DNA of 64,000 nt. Origin: Escherichia phage vB_EcoM-G28. The DNA lies in the sequence record NC_054916.1. One strand, given 5' to 3'. Each line of letters begins with the position of its first letter. The first letter of the stretch is position 1. Positions 19,980 to 29,823 of the stretch are shown piece after piece. The notes below the pieces were generated by a model. It worked only from the letters and a program-made list of their open reading frames with translations, ran no database searches and had not been told where the DNA came from. A program made the translations under genes and the position numbers.

Positions 19980-20222
19980 CTATTTTACTAGCATCAATAA
20001 CTGTTTCTCTAACTTGACGATTTTACGAAAGTATCTTTTGCATTGGCGAATCTGTCGCTTCGTAGGGCGCACAGCAAACTTAATAAATTCCACTCGACCA
20101 AATGGAGGACTTTCTTCTGCTGGAATATCTAACACCAATTCCCACGTATCCGCAATAAGTGCCTTGAATTGAGTATTTTTCCTGACATTATACGGAGTAG
20201 GTTTAAATAAAACAATATGCAT
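19980..20222 (-). CDS. hypothetical basic protein immediately downstream of dmd
   Basis: 80 aa from ATG at 20220-20222 (GAGGA RBS inside dmd 3' end); 1-nt gap after dmd stop. Confidence 0.45.
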   Translation of the reverse strand: MHIVLFKPTPYNVRKNTQFKALIADTWELVLDIPAEESPPFGRVEFIKFAVRPTKRQIRQCKRYFRKIVKLEKQLLMLVK

Positions 20223-20223
20223 A

Positions 20224-20406
20224 TTATCCTCGGCAATCCACTTCACATACTTTCTTGTCATCAATGAAAGCTTTAACTAGCGCTTTATTAACTTCAGCAT
20301 ATTGAGTAGTAGCCCATTGAACGTCATCTTTCATCATTGTGATTTCTTTAGTAAACATGCTTTCATTCTTAAACCACCCCATAAAAACTACCTTTACCAA
20401 TTCCAT
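20224..20406 (-). CDS. dmd: Dmd-like antitoxin (inhibitor of RnlA/LsoA-type toxins)
   Basis: 60-aa ORF, ATG at 20404-20406, just downstream of helicase 41; size/position and recalled sequence of T4 Dmd. Confidence 0.65.
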   Translation of the reverse strand: MELVKVVFMGWFKNESMFTKEITMMKDDVQWATTQYAEVNKALVKAFIDDKKVCEVDCRG

Positions 20407-20435
20407 AAAAATCTCCTCATTTAACCAACAAGACT

Positions 20436-20465
20436 ACTATACCATAGTCTTGTCAGCTTGTAAAC
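20436..20465 (-). promoter_or_regulatory. early promoter, GTTTAC-N18-TATAGT, upstream of dmd
   Basis: plus-strand actata 20436-20441 and gtaaac 20460-20465; overlaps gene 41 stop. Confidence 0.55.
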
Positions 20466-21892
20466 TAAAATTTTAATTCATTCGCCAAAGCATCTAACTG
20501 GGCTCGAGTAGATTCATTTCTTTGATAGCGATTCTGCTCAGCTTGTATCTGTTGTGAACCTGCTACTTCGTTCACTTCAGTTGGAGTAGAATCTTGCTCA
20601 ATTTCTACCCATTTCTGATTTCCTTTTTGAACACCCATCAAAAACTTATTCCATTTATTCTTATCACCATATCGTGATTTGATTTGCTTAATTAGTTGTT
20701 GTTCAGCAGCTGCTAACTCCTCGGTTTCAATGACCGCAAGCATAAAATCGGCTGTTGCTGGAAGACCGGCAGATTCTGCAATATCGCTCATGTTAACATC
20801 AGAAGAATCCCAAGCTTGTTTACCAACCTGTGCTGCGGTCCAAAGAACAGTTTCGGTTTCAACAGCCAGAGCACGTAATTCTTCTGCGATAGCTTTAACA
20901 GTTGTGTAACTATTTTCTGAATAAACTCTGATGCGGCAAGATTTACAAATACCCAGATAGTCAACAATAATGATTGTTGGAACAAAATTCTTCTTGAGCT
21001 TTAATTCATTTAAAAGCGACCGAAATGTATTAGCGTCTGCTCCACCAGTAGGATACTGTTTAACGATTAAACGGCCGAGAGTAGATTTCTCACGCCATTT
21101 TTCCATTTTTCCTTTATATTCAGCGTAAGAAATATGCCCATCATCAATGTCATCAAGAGAAACATCGAGCATATTAGCGTCAATACGTTTAGCACAGACT
21201 TCTTCTGCCATTTCCATGGAAATGTAAAGAACATTATGTCCGAGCTGCAAATAATCTGCTGCCAATGAACACAGACCTAATGACTTACCAACGTTAACAC
21301 CAGCCATTAAAACGTTCAGTGTTCCAGTTTCAGCTCCGCCTTTAGTAATTTTATTTAGAATTTTGAGTCTAAATGGAACCTTACGAGCTTTATTCATATA
21401 AGATAGCCAACGTGCTTCGTAGTCATCCATCCAATCATGGCCAACGTAGCTATCAAATGAAATTGATAATGCTTGGCGCATGATGTCAGGAATAGCACCT
21501 ACATCTGGCATTTTCTTATTTCGTTTTTCTGGAGGAAGCTCAGCATTGGTTTGAATTTCAATTATTTTAGATGTGGCGTTAAACATCGCCCTTTGCTGAA
21601 CATATTTTTCTGTTTCTTTTACTAACCAGCTGTGGTCTTCTGGAGAATCGGCTAGTTTTGAAATAAGTGTTTTTACGCCAGAATATTCCGTTTCAGTAAA
21701 TGAACTATTTTCTAATGCAACATTTAACGCATTAATAGATGGAACGCTATGATACTCATTAACATGAGATTTAATTAATTTGAATGTATTTTTAGCTGGA
21801 CCACTTTCAAAATATTCTGAATCCATATATGGCCAAACTTTTGAAAAATAAGCTTGATCAAATATGAGATGAGAAAGAATAATTTCTACCAC
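20465..21892 (-). CDS. 41: replicative DNA helicase (DnaB family), gene 41
   Basis: 475-aa ORF; Walker A MAGVNVGKSLG; apparent GTG start. Confidence 0.9.
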   Translation of the reverse strand: MVEIILSHLIFDQAYFSKVWPYMDSEYFESGPAKNTFKLIKSHVNEYHSVPSINALNVALENSSFTETEYSGVKTLISKLADSPEDHSWLVKETEKYVQQRAMFNATSKIIEIQTNAELPPEKRNKKMPDVGAIPDIMRQALSISFDSYVGHDWMDDYEARWLSYMNKARKVPFRLKILNKITKGGAETGTLNVLMAGVNVGKSLGLCSLAADYLQLGHNVLYISMEMAEEVCAKRIDANMLDVSLDDIDDGHISYAEYKGKMEKWREKSTLGRLIVKQYPTGGADANTFRSLLNELKLKKNFVPTIIIVDYLGICKSCRIRVYSENSYTTVKAIAEELRALAVETETVLWTAAQVGKQAWDSSDVNMSDIAESAGLPATADFMLAVIETEELAAAEQQLIKQIKSRYGDKNKWNKFLMGVQKGNQKWVEIEQDSTPTEVNEVAGSQQIQAEQNRYQRNESTRAQLDALANELKF

Positions 21893-21901
21893 ACTTACTC
21901 C

Positions 21902-22240
21902 TTAAAAGAATTTAAATTTTTTCTTTGACCTTTTATTAAATGCATCTTGTAGTTGCATTGTAATACATTTTTCTACATGAGAAGCTAACTCAGCTTTTCT
22001 TTCTTGGTCAAGAACAGCAAAGTCCATTACGACTTTTCCATCAACCCAATCTAATTTTGTCACATACACAATGTGTGTAGAACCATCTTCTAGTTTAATG
22101 ACAATCTCCTGGATAACATTTTCCATGGCAGATTTAATTATCTTAAGAGATTCATTAAAAAGACGTTCTTTTCTTTCTTCTTCCCCCTCCGAAGAGGGGG
22201 ATTCGTCGATAATTTCTAAATCTAAATCATCTTTATTCAT
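21902..22240 (-). CDS. 40: gene 40-position protein (head assembly accessory), acidic N-terminus
   Basis: 112 aa from ATG at 22238-22240, overlapping uvsX stop (ATGA); name by position. Confidence 0.5.
   Translation of the reverse strand: MNKDDLDLEIIDESPSSEGEEERKERLFNESLKIIKSAMENVIQEIVIKLEDGSTHIVYVTKLDWVDGKVVMDFAVLDQERKAELASHVEKCITMQLQDAFNKRSKKKFKFF
22183..22200 (-). other. GC-rich perfect hairpin (CCCCCTC-UUCG-GAGGGGG) embedded in gene 40 coding sequence, ~30 nt downstream of uvsX stop
   Basis: 7-bp G/C stem with tetraloop in an otherwise AT-rich region; no U-run. Confidence 0.5.
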
Positions 22241-23414
22241 TAAATTCTTCCATATCACTTAACTGATCTAGGTCAGTTTCTAAATCAGCTGCTGATTTAC
22301 TTTTACTTTCTGGAGATTTAAATTTTTCAACCTTTGAGTTAATTAATTCATCAACTTCAGCTTCAACAATTTCATTACTATCAATAGCACCTAACTGATA
22401 AGCACGTTTAATAGCATCTCGGAATGGTTGATGCTTAAATAAAGGACCCCAGAATGTAGTGCAATTGGTATCTTTTGCGCGCCAAGATTTTTCTTCGCGA
22501 ATCATCTCGCCGGTTTCTTCGTCAAGAAATTCACGAGCATACCAACCATTTTTAGGTTTTACTACAAATCCTAATTCAAGAGCCATATCTAACAATCCAG
22601 AATAAGGATCGATACCACCGTCAAATTTAACATCAATAAAGAATTTACTTTTTTCTTTGACGGTACGAGATTTTTCTACATTTAGAACAAATTGATACCC
22701 CTGAAGATCAGAACCATCTTTAATCTGACGCTTACCGATAATGAATACAGTATCAGCCGAATACATTACGCCTGTACCACCTGTCATCACGGTTTTACTA
22801 AACATTTCAATTGTTTCAATTGTATGGTTAACCGCAACACATGGAATGTTTTTAATACTAAAATAAGGAGTAACAATACGGAATAATGACTTCAGTGATT
22901 TAGCACGAGTCATATCTGCCACAGATTTTTCATTCAAGGCATCTTCCGTTTCTTTCTTAGAAGCCATATTACCGATTGAGTCGATGAATACGATAACTTT
23001 TTCACCGCGCTCAATAGCTTCAAGCTGATTCACCATATCAATTTTCAGTTGTTCAACTGACTGAATTGGCGTATGAATTACTCGTTCCGGGTCAACTCCC
23101 ATGGATCGCAAATAAGCTGGAGTAATACCAAATTCGCTATCATAGAATAGACAAACTGCGTCAGGATATTTGTTCAAATACGCCGCAACCATAGTCAAAG
23201 ACATATTTGATTTAAAGTGTTTAGAAGGACCCGCAAAAATGGTTAAACCAGACTGCATTCCACCATCAATTGCGCCGGAAATAGCGATATTGAGCATTGG
23301 AATTTTTGTACGAATTACATCCTTTTCGTTAAAGAATTTAGATGTAGTCAGTTCAGCAGTCATTTTAGAAGTGGAAGCTTTAATCAAACGGGATTTTAAA
23401 TCTGCAATAGACAT
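22233..23414 (-). CDS. uvsX: UvsX recombinase (RecA/Rad51 family)
   Basis: 393-aa ORF; Walker A GPSKHFKS; ATG at 23412-23414. Confidence 0.9.
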   Translation of the reverse strand: MSIADLKSRLIKASTSKMTAELTTSKFFNEKDVIRTKIPMLNIAISGAIDGGMQSGLTIFAGPSKHFKSNMSLTMVAAYLNKYPDAVCLFYDSEFGITPAYLRSMGVDPERVIHTPIQSVEQLKIDMVNQLEAIERGEKVIVFIDSIGNMASKKETEDALNEKSVADMTRAKSLKSLFRIVTPYFSIKNIPCVAVNHTIETIEMFSKTVMTGGTGVMYSADTVFIIGKRQIKDGSDLQGYQFVLNVEKSRTVKEKSKFFIDVKFDGGIDPYSGLLDMALELGFVVKPKNGWYAREFLDEETGEMIREEKSWRAKDTNCTTFWGPLFKHQPFRDAIKRAYQLGAIDSNEIVEAEVDELINSKVEKFKSPESKSKSAADLETDLDQLSDMEEFNE

Positions 23415-23491
23415 TCATTTTTTCCATAGGCATCATTATATTTTCCTCACTGGTTAAAGATAGGGTAATTATAACACAATAAATTTAGGCA

Positions 23492-24334
23492 TTAATCAAC
23501 CGCTATTGGATGAATAGCATTAAACTTATGAAACGCTTCTGATTTTTCTTTGCGCGAAACACACATGCGAAGAACCTTTAATGGCTCGTCTTCTTCACCT
23601 AATGATTTTCGTTTTTCAATATTAGAAGTTTTCCAACGAGCTTGCTCTGGAAACTCTCTATTGATTTGCTCAAGAGCTCTATTATGCTTAGAATTACTAC
23701 GAATTGAGCTGCATCCACCGGGAGCCTGTGCTTTTCCAGATACAACCAGATATTTGAACAAGGCCAAATGCGGATAACCTTGATTAATTAAATTGAGAAA
23801 TGCATACATATCTTCGCATAAATCAATTTTTCCATACCCAATTTGTTCTGTTGTAAGTTTTCCAAGGTCATACCATGTATTCGTGAATCCATATGAATTT
23901 TCACGATAATTACCCCAAGATGAAGTAATTTTAAAAATTGGTAGACGAGCATGGCCATGATAATACCCGCAATCCATGGCATCCTCAACATATTGAATCA
24001 ATTCATAGAACTGTTCACGAGTCAATTGATTGACTTTATCTACACAACGACGGTCATCTCTTTTTCGCATTGAACTCATACGAATAGTAGTATCATCGTC
24101 AATCATCCAGATTCGTTGACCTGCATACATATCAGTAATTGCTTTACGAGTACCGGCAATTCCGTTTACATCATCAGGAATAGTTATAATTTTAGCTCTA
24201 GACCCATAGGCATCATAATAAGCTTTTTCTTCATGTTCACGTACTACGATATGAGGTTCATAATCAGTTGGAAACATATCAAGGGCAGAAACTGCCCCTG
24301 CACGTTGATAGCTCGGAATTACGAATTGAATCAT
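23492..24334 (-). CDS. putative glycosyltransferase (DxD-type) at the bgt locus; candidate HMC-DNA glucosyl-modifying enzyme
   Basis: 280-aa ORF; RIWMIDDDTTI (hydrophobic strand + DDD); lies between uvsX and gene 42. Confidence 0.45.
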   Translation of the reverse strand: MIQFVIPSYQRAGAVSALDMFPTDYEPHIVVREHEEKAYYDAYGSRAKIITIPDDVNGIAGTRKAITDMYAGQRIWMIDDDTTIRMSSMRKRDDRRCVDKVNQLTREQFYELIQYVEDAMDCGYYHGHARLPIFKITSSWGNYRENSYGFTNTWYDLGKLTTEQIGYGKIDLCEDMYAFLNLINQGYPHLALFKYLVVSGKAQAPGGCSSIRSNSKHNRALEQINREFPEQARWKTSNIEKRKSLGEEDEPLKVLRMCVSRKEKSEAFHKFNAIHPIAVD

Positions 24335-24972
24335 TTAAGTGCCTTGCATTTGTCAAAATGGTATCTTGTCATATTTGGCCCACGTCCTTTTAGTCCGCAA
24401 TGCGGACATATTTTTTCTATCAAATTATGAGGTTTTCCTTTACGATTTTTAGACATCGTTTCTTTAATTATTTTAGCTTTTTCTGCGCCAAAAATTTCTT
24501 CATAAGTTTTACCAGAATTTTCCTTTGCTCGATTTATAATTCCATATGCCTGCTCATTTTTACCATACATTGGATTACCTTCGCCTTTCATTCTTTTAGA
24601 ATGATCAGGACGCTTGATTCCACGAAAGGCATTTCCGCACTTATATCTTTCTTCTGGAGATAGTTTTTTACCGTACATTCCATTTAATTTGCCTGGAAAA
24701 CTTCCTCCCCATGCTTCATTCTTTAAATTATATGAATCCGGACAATTAGCAGCATCTAAACAAGTTAAAATAATTTCTTCAACCTGTCTAAACATTGGTC
24801 CTTCATATAATATTTCTTTATTAAAGGATTTTATTCCATATTTCTTTTTAGCATGTTGCCAAACTACACCCGAACCATCATAATTCGGGTTGTGACCATC
24901 ATGACTTCCTATATACCACTTTTTAGTTTTAGGATGTTTATACTTATAAACATGTGGCACATTTACTTCCAT
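24331..24972 (-). CDS. GIY-YIG homing endonuclease (Seg-like) with NUMOD-like repeats and C-terminal zinc finger
   Basis: 213 aa; VYK-x9-WYIGS N-terminal module; repeated NGMYGK/GNPMYGK; C-terminal CPHCGLKGRGPNMTRYHFDKC. Confidence 0.6.
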   Translation of the reverse strand: MEVNVPHVYKYKHPKTKKWYIGSHDGHNPNYDGSGVVWQHAKKKYGIKSFNKEILYEGPMFRQVEEIILTCLDAANCPDSYNLKNEAWGGSFPGKLNGMYGKKLSPEERYKCGNAFRGIKRPDHSKRMKGEGNPMYGKNEQAYGIINRAKENSGKTYEEIFGAEKAKIIKETMSKNRKGKPHNLIEKICPHCGLKGRGPNMTRYHFDKCKALK

Positions 24973-25703
24973 TTTCCAGTATAATCCTTTTTAGCAATAT
25001 GAGTTTCACCAGTGTTCCACCAATGGTCAACTAAATAAAACTGATTTTCGTACACATGAAGACTTCCAACGTTCCATATAATAGAACCTGCTTTATATTG
25101 CCGCGATGGGTCGCCTGCATTCAAATCAGATACTAATTTATCTAATACGTATTTTTGCCATGCATAGTCATTACGATAGCCTGCCCAGCAATCATTGCTT
25201 CTCATGTTAACTACTGCATTGACTTTCTTATCACGAATCAGATACTGTACTGTATTCGTACACATGAAATCTGACATACCATCTTTATTGTAGTCAAACT
25301 GCATAGATGGACGAGTATAAATCATGATACCGCGCCGAGAATCAGGATTTTGACCAAGTTCAGCTAAACACATATCATACTGGGCATAGTTATCTTCTGA
25401 CCAGATAGCCCAACCATAATTTGAGTTAATTTCACCTTTAGAAGATGCTACTTGTTGCCAAATCTTCGGTGTTTCACCCGGAATATCTTTAACGAACAAG
25501 CTTTTAGATTTATACCATTCAAGTTCACGCTGAATGTATTCATCATTAAGAGCGCCAAAAATAAACGGTTCATCTGCTACAAATGATGCGCCAATAATTT
25601 CAATAGTTTTAACACCTGTTTTATCAACTACGAAATCTTTTTCCTTTAATGCAAGCCCCAAATGAAGACGGATTTCTTCAACTGTCATAGAGTCACTAAT
25701 CAT
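24963..25703 (-). CDS. 42: dCMP hydroxymethylase (thymidylate-synthase fold), gene 42
   Basis: 246-aa ORF; size and position; TS-like fold assumed from T4 knowledge. Confidence 0.8.
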   Translation of the reverse strand: MISDSMTVEEIRLHLGLALKEKDFVVDKTGVKTIEIIGASFVADEPFIFGALNDEYIQRELEWYKSKSLFVKDIPGETPKIWQQVASSKGEINSNYGWAIWSEDNYAQYDMCLAELGQNPDSRRGIMIYTRPSMQFDYNKDGMSDFMCTNTVQYLIRDKKVNAVVNMRSNDCWAGYRNDYAWQKYVLDKLVSDLNAGDPSRQYKAGSIIWNVGSLHVYENQFYLVDHWWNTGETHIAKKDYTGKWK

Positions 25704-25856
25704 TTAAACCTCAATTGATGCATTCATATTTAACTTGTAACAGTAATAAGCTCCAACCTAAAATAACAGTTGGAATCATAAGAGGAACCGTTACACTATA
25801 GTATATACTTATTATAATCATCAAGATTAAAAGCAATGCTGCTATAATTTTGCTTT

Positions 25857-26108
25857 TCATTCCTTCTCTCTGATGATAATTACTTGATTTGGTTGTGCAG
25901 ACTTTTTAGTTTCACCAGCAATTGACCAAATAAATGTAATAAACCAACCAATAATTGACCAGTTAAACAGTAAAGACGTGAAAAAGATTCCTACTGTCGA
26001 TTTTGACCCACGCATCAAGGCGATAAACCATGGAAGCATGTATATAATAATAGCCAACACACCTGAAACTAAAACCATAAAAATTGAACCTGCTACTAAA
26101 GTTTCCAT
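25857..26108 (-). CDS. imm: Imm-like membrane immunity protein
   Basis: 83-aa ORF with two hydrophobic segments; position upstream of gene 43. Confidence 0.65.
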   Translation of the reverse strand: METLVAGSIFMVLVSGVLAIIIYMLPWFIALMRGSKSTVGIFFTSLLFNWSIIGWFITFIWSIAGETKKSAQPNQVIIIREKE

Positions 26109-26115
26109 GTTTTCC

Positions 26116-26496
26116 TCACTTAGTCAAATTTTTTACACATGAATTATAAGAATTTACTACATACTCCATCGGAGCATTTTTACCAGTACGCCATTGGTAA
26201 TTATTAGCCCAATTAGCCCAAAGTTCGGCGCAGTAGTTTTCAATTTTTTCTTCGCGTGTAATTACATCCGAATTACGATATGCTTGAACAGATTCATCTG
26301 GACGAATAGCTTCGTCAAAATTCGCCTGCATTTGTTCTACTGTTTGCTTTGGAGCTTCTTTATAACACTTGACATTAGGATTATAAAATTTGCTTGAACA
26401 GTTTACAATTTTTCCTACATCAGACTGATTTACTACCGGTCCTTGAGCTACACAACCAGTAAGACCTAATGCAATAACCAAAATAGCGATTTTCAT
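26116..26496 (-). CDS. hypothetical lipoprotein (imm.1 position)
   Basis: 126-aa ORF; N-terminal LGLTGC lipobox; ATG at 26494-26496. Confidence 0.5.
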   Translation of the reverse strand: MKIAILVIALGLTGCVAQGPVVNQSDVGKIVNCSSKFYNPNVKCYKEAPKQTVEQMQANFDEAIRPDESVQAYRNSDVITREEKIENYCAELWANWANNYQWRTGKNAPMEYVVNSYNSCVKNLTK

Positions 26497-26530
26497 TTCA
26501 TTCTCTAAATCCGTATCAGTTGATAGTTGT

Positions 26531-26560
26531 ATAGTACCACAGAAGAACAGTCTTGTAAAC
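26531..26560 (-). promoter_or_regulatory. early promoter GTTTAC-N18-TACTAT with conserved leader
   Basis: plus-strand atagta 26531-26536 and gtaaac 26555-26560; leader ACAACTATCAACTGATACGGATTT shared with promoters at ~54627 and ~6110. Confidence 0.6.
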
Positions 26561-26648
26561 AGTTTTGTGAAAAATTTTTTAGGGAATTCTAAAGGTCCAG
26601 AATCATCTGTTTTTCATAAGTATAGATTTATATTACTTGTATGAAAAA

Positions 26649-26664
26649 GGGACCCGGAGGTCCC
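26649..26664 (-). terminator. rho-independent terminator downstream of gene 43
   Basis: GGGACC-CGGA-GGTCCC hairpin followed by TTTTTCAT on minus strand. Confidence 0.65.
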
Positions 26665-26677
26665 TAGATTTATTCTA

Positions 26678-29374
26678 TCAGCCAAACAGGAAGTCTAACG
26701 AAGCTTTTTCTTCATAGTCCATACCAGCCGATTCACACATACCTGCAAGCGGTTTAACAAACGATTTTTGGAACAAAGTTGAGTAGTCAATCCAAGATAG
26801 TACATCAGAACGAATTTCTTTTGGAAGTTCTGTACCTGATGGCCAAGCAATGCACTTGTCACCAAATGGATTTCCTTCACGTAATGGAAGAACCATTACT
26901 TTATTTCCATCCAAAATTGGAGCTACACCTAAACCGTTAACAGCTCGACGATAAGTTAGCACACCACGAATATGGAACGGGCATTTAAATCCTGGCCAAC
27001 CTTTATCATCATATTTCGCTATATCGTTCGCAGTTTTTACTTCAGCAATAACTTTATAGTCAAGTTGACGATATTCTTTCTCGAAGTTCTTGTAATATTC
27101 TTGGACAGACTCTTCACCTTCCTGAAGAATACGACGAATACTTTCTTCGAGAGCTTCTTGTACTGCTTTTGGTGTTGAACTCTGTTGAGTTTCCATACCC
27201 ATGATTTTTAGATGCGGTTCAGCAAATCGCTTATCTTCCATATCATAAACGTTCAGAGCATAACGTTTTTTCGCTTTCCAAAATCCGCCAACGCCCTTTG
27301 AACCAAGTGGAGGACAAGAAATAGCTTCACGGTCCATATGCATCAGATGCTCGCGGTTATTCATATAATCACATAACTCACGATATGCAACATCAATCAT
27401 AGGTTCCATCTTTTTCTTACCGAACTGATTCATGAATTCAACTAAATCGTTCTGCTCTTTAAAACGGTCAAGACCAACTTTTTCAATAACTTTATCTACG
27501 CAAACATATACCGAATCAGTATCACCTGCTGCGATGAAATCTTCACCGTTAGTTCCGCATACTTTATTCAGATATTCATTAATTTTACGAGCAATCCACT
27601 GAATACCGACTTGACCAAAAATTGTGATAGCAGTAGCATTTCGCAAATCATAGTAACGGAAATGAATATTACCAAGAGCACCATAAAGACTGTTAATAAG
27701 AATTTTACGGTTCAGCTGATTTGTATTAGCAAGTGTAGCCGCTTTTTCACATTCCTCAATCAGACTATTGAGAACAGATTCGGTGTAATTCGACAGTTCA
27801 TTTAAAAAATCATCAGTGAACTTAACATATCGTTCAACTTCTGGTTTAGTTGAACAAGACCCTGCGCCTTTCATAATAATCTTTTTAATAGCTTCGGCAT
27901 TCATTTCTTCAGCGAACATTTTCTTTTTCCAGTCTTTACGCTGGAAAAATACTTTAGCGATTTCCTTTGGAATGATACCTTCTTGATGCTTATCATACAT
28001 CCATCCATTCGGAGAACAAGAATATTCATCACTCGGTTTAGGAGCTGTTCCTGCGATATATTCATGAATTGGATGAACTTTAAACTGACCACGAATAGTT
28101 TCAGGACTAATGTTAACCTGGCGAATAATGCTCGGATACAGAGACGTCAAGTCAAAACTCATAATGTATCGACGAGCAATTGGCTTAGGTTCAAATACAA
28201 ATGCACCCGGAAAACTCTGTTTAATGTGCGAACCTTGTTGAGGAATAACCTTGTGTTCACCTTTCAATGAGTTAAAAATAATAGCATCCCAGGTTTTAAT
28301 AGGACTCATTACACAAGAAAAAGGCATTTTAGCGTAATAAGACATACTTAAAACTAGATCGATAAACCCACGAATTTTATCGATTGCTTGAACTGATTCT
28401 ACGTCAATGATGTTATAACTAATGTATCGTTGATGATTAGTCTCACGAAGTTTATTAATAGGACCGTCGTATGGTAATTTACCTTTTTTGGTTTCATGTT
28501 GAGCAACTGATTCCAAAGAGAATGACGGCAAATTAGTAAAAGCGAATTTCTTGTACAAATCTAAATAATCAAGAATAGATACGCCATCAATAGAATAAAT
28601 TTCTTTACTACCGTACATATTTTGAATTAGTTTAGATTTTACCCGACCGATTGGAGAGAAACGTTTCATACTACGTTCACCTAGAATCATTTTAACGCGA
28701 TTCATGATATACGGAACGTCAAATCCCTCAATATTCCAACCGGTAAAAATAGCAGGTCGTTTCTGTTCCCAGAGATTAATATATTCCATGAGCATATCAC
28801 GCTCATTATCAAATGGCATATAAATTACTCGGTCAAGAATTTCTTGAGGAACTTCATCACCACCTTCACAGTCAAGCTTAGCAGCTAACTTTGCATCCCA
28901 TTTTGATACTGAACCGTACATTGAATTCAACAAATCAAAGACGTAAAAACGGTCGTCAATTGAATCATAATGAGTGATAGCATCAATTTCATATTCTGCT
29001 TTCATTGGGTCAGGAAATTTATCACCAGTAACCTCAATGTCACAGTTAGCTACACGAACAAATTTTCGGTCATAAACAATTTCTGAACCATATGTATCAC
29101 TGATATAAGCGAGTTTAAAATCGTTCATACCGAGAGCTTCGAGACCGATGTCTTCCATTCGTTTCATCCAATCTCGTGCATCTTTCATTGATGGAAATTT
29201 TTGAGGAGCGCAATTTTTACCGTAAATGTCTTTGTATTTTGATTCTTCCTTACAATGTCTAAACATAGTCGGAAGATATTCTACTTCGCGAGTACGTTCC
29301 TTTCCATTTTCATCAATATAACGTTCAACAATATTATTTCCGACTGTTTCGATAGAGATATAAAATTCTTTCAT
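26678..29374 (-). CDS. 43: DNA polymerase (family B), gene 43
   Basis: 898-aa ORF; motif A DLTSLYPSII, motif B KILINSLYGALG, motif C AGDTDSVYV; N-terminal exonuclease domain. Confidence 0.95.
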   Translation of the reverse strand: MKEFYISIETVGNNIVERYIDENGKERTREVEYLPTMFRHCKEESKYKDIYGKNCAPQKFPSMKDARDWMKRMEDIGLEALGMNDFKLAYISDTYGSEIVYDRKFVRVANCDIEVTGDKFPDPMKAEYEIDAITHYDSIDDRFYVFDLLNSMYGSVSKWDAKLAAKLDCEGGDEVPQEILDRVIYMPFDNERDMLMEYINLWEQKRPAIFTGWNIEGFDVPYIMNRVKMILGERSMKRFSPIGRVKSKLIQNMYGSKEIYSIDGVSILDYLDLYKKFAFTNLPSFSLESVAQHETKKGKLPYDGPINKLRETNHQRYISYNIIDVESVQAIDKIRGFIDLVLSMSYYAKMPFSCVMSPIKTWDAIIFNSLKGEHKVIPQQGSHIKQSFPGAFVFEPKPIARRYIMSFDLTSLYPSIIRQVNISPETIRGQFKVHPIHEYIAGTAPKPSDEYSCSPNGWMYDKHQEGIIPKEIAKVFFQRKDWKKKMFAEEMNAEAIKKIIMKGAGSCSTKPEVERYVKFTDDFLNELSNYTESVLNSLIEECEKAATLANTNQLNRKILINSLYGALGNIHFRYYDLRNATAITIFGQVGIQWIARKINEYLNKVCGTNGEDFIAAGDTDSVYVCVDKVIEKVGLDRFKEQNDLVEFMNQFGKKKMEPMIDVAYRELCDYMNNREHLMHMDREAISCPPLGSKGVGGFWKAKKRYALNVYDMEDKRFAEPHLKIMGMETQQSSTPKAVQEALEESIRRILQEGEESVQEYYKNFEKEYRQLDYKVIAEVKTANDIAKYDDKGWPGFKCPFHIRGVLTYRRAVNGLGVAPILDGNKVMVLPLREGNPFGDKCIAWPSGTELPKEIRSDVLSWIDYSTLFQKSFVKPLAGMCESAGMDYEEKASLDFLFG

Positions 29375-29434
29375 AGATATTCCTTAGTTTATAGCCCGAG
29401 TTATTAGGCTCTTGATATATTATACTCCAAATAA

Positions 29435-29448
29435 GGGGCCGAAGCCCC
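29435..29448 (-). terminator. rho-independent terminator downstream of regA
   Basis: GGGGC-CGAA-GCCCC hairpin, U-rich tract follows on minus strand. Confidence 0.6.
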
Positions 29449-29453
29449 CTTGC

Positions 29454-29822
29454 TTAATTACCAATCGTATATTTAGGAACGAGTTTCCATTCATGTTTTT
29501 GCTTAAAAGAAATAACTCGGAAGTTATTAGTTAAATCTTTCATAAAAGTTCTTTGACCGGGAGCGATTTCAATCAGTCCCCAATCTTCTAACAGCCATGC
29601 AATCGAATCACGACGAACTTCATCTTCTTCTGTCATTTCAACCTGGCGACCATCCATACGAAGCATTTCTTTAAAATGAACGATATAGTATAGTCCTTTT
29701 TTCTGGAGAATATGACAGGATTGATACAGAACTTTATCTTTATTATTAGCAATTCCCATACGAGTCAGAGTTTCTTTAACTTTCAGAAAATCTTCAGGTT
29801 TTTTAAGAGTAATTTCAATCAT
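29454..29822 (-). CDS. regA: translational repressor RegA
   Basis: 122-aa ORF directly downstream of clamp-loader genes; size/position. Confidence 0.7.
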   Translation of the reverse strand: MIEITLKKPEDFLKVKETLTRMGIANNKDKVLYQSCHILQKKGLYYIVHFKEMLRMDGRQVEMTEEDEVRRDSIAWLLEDWGLIEIAPGQRTFMKDLTNNFRVISFKQKHEWKLVPKYTIGN

Positions 29823-29823
29823 T

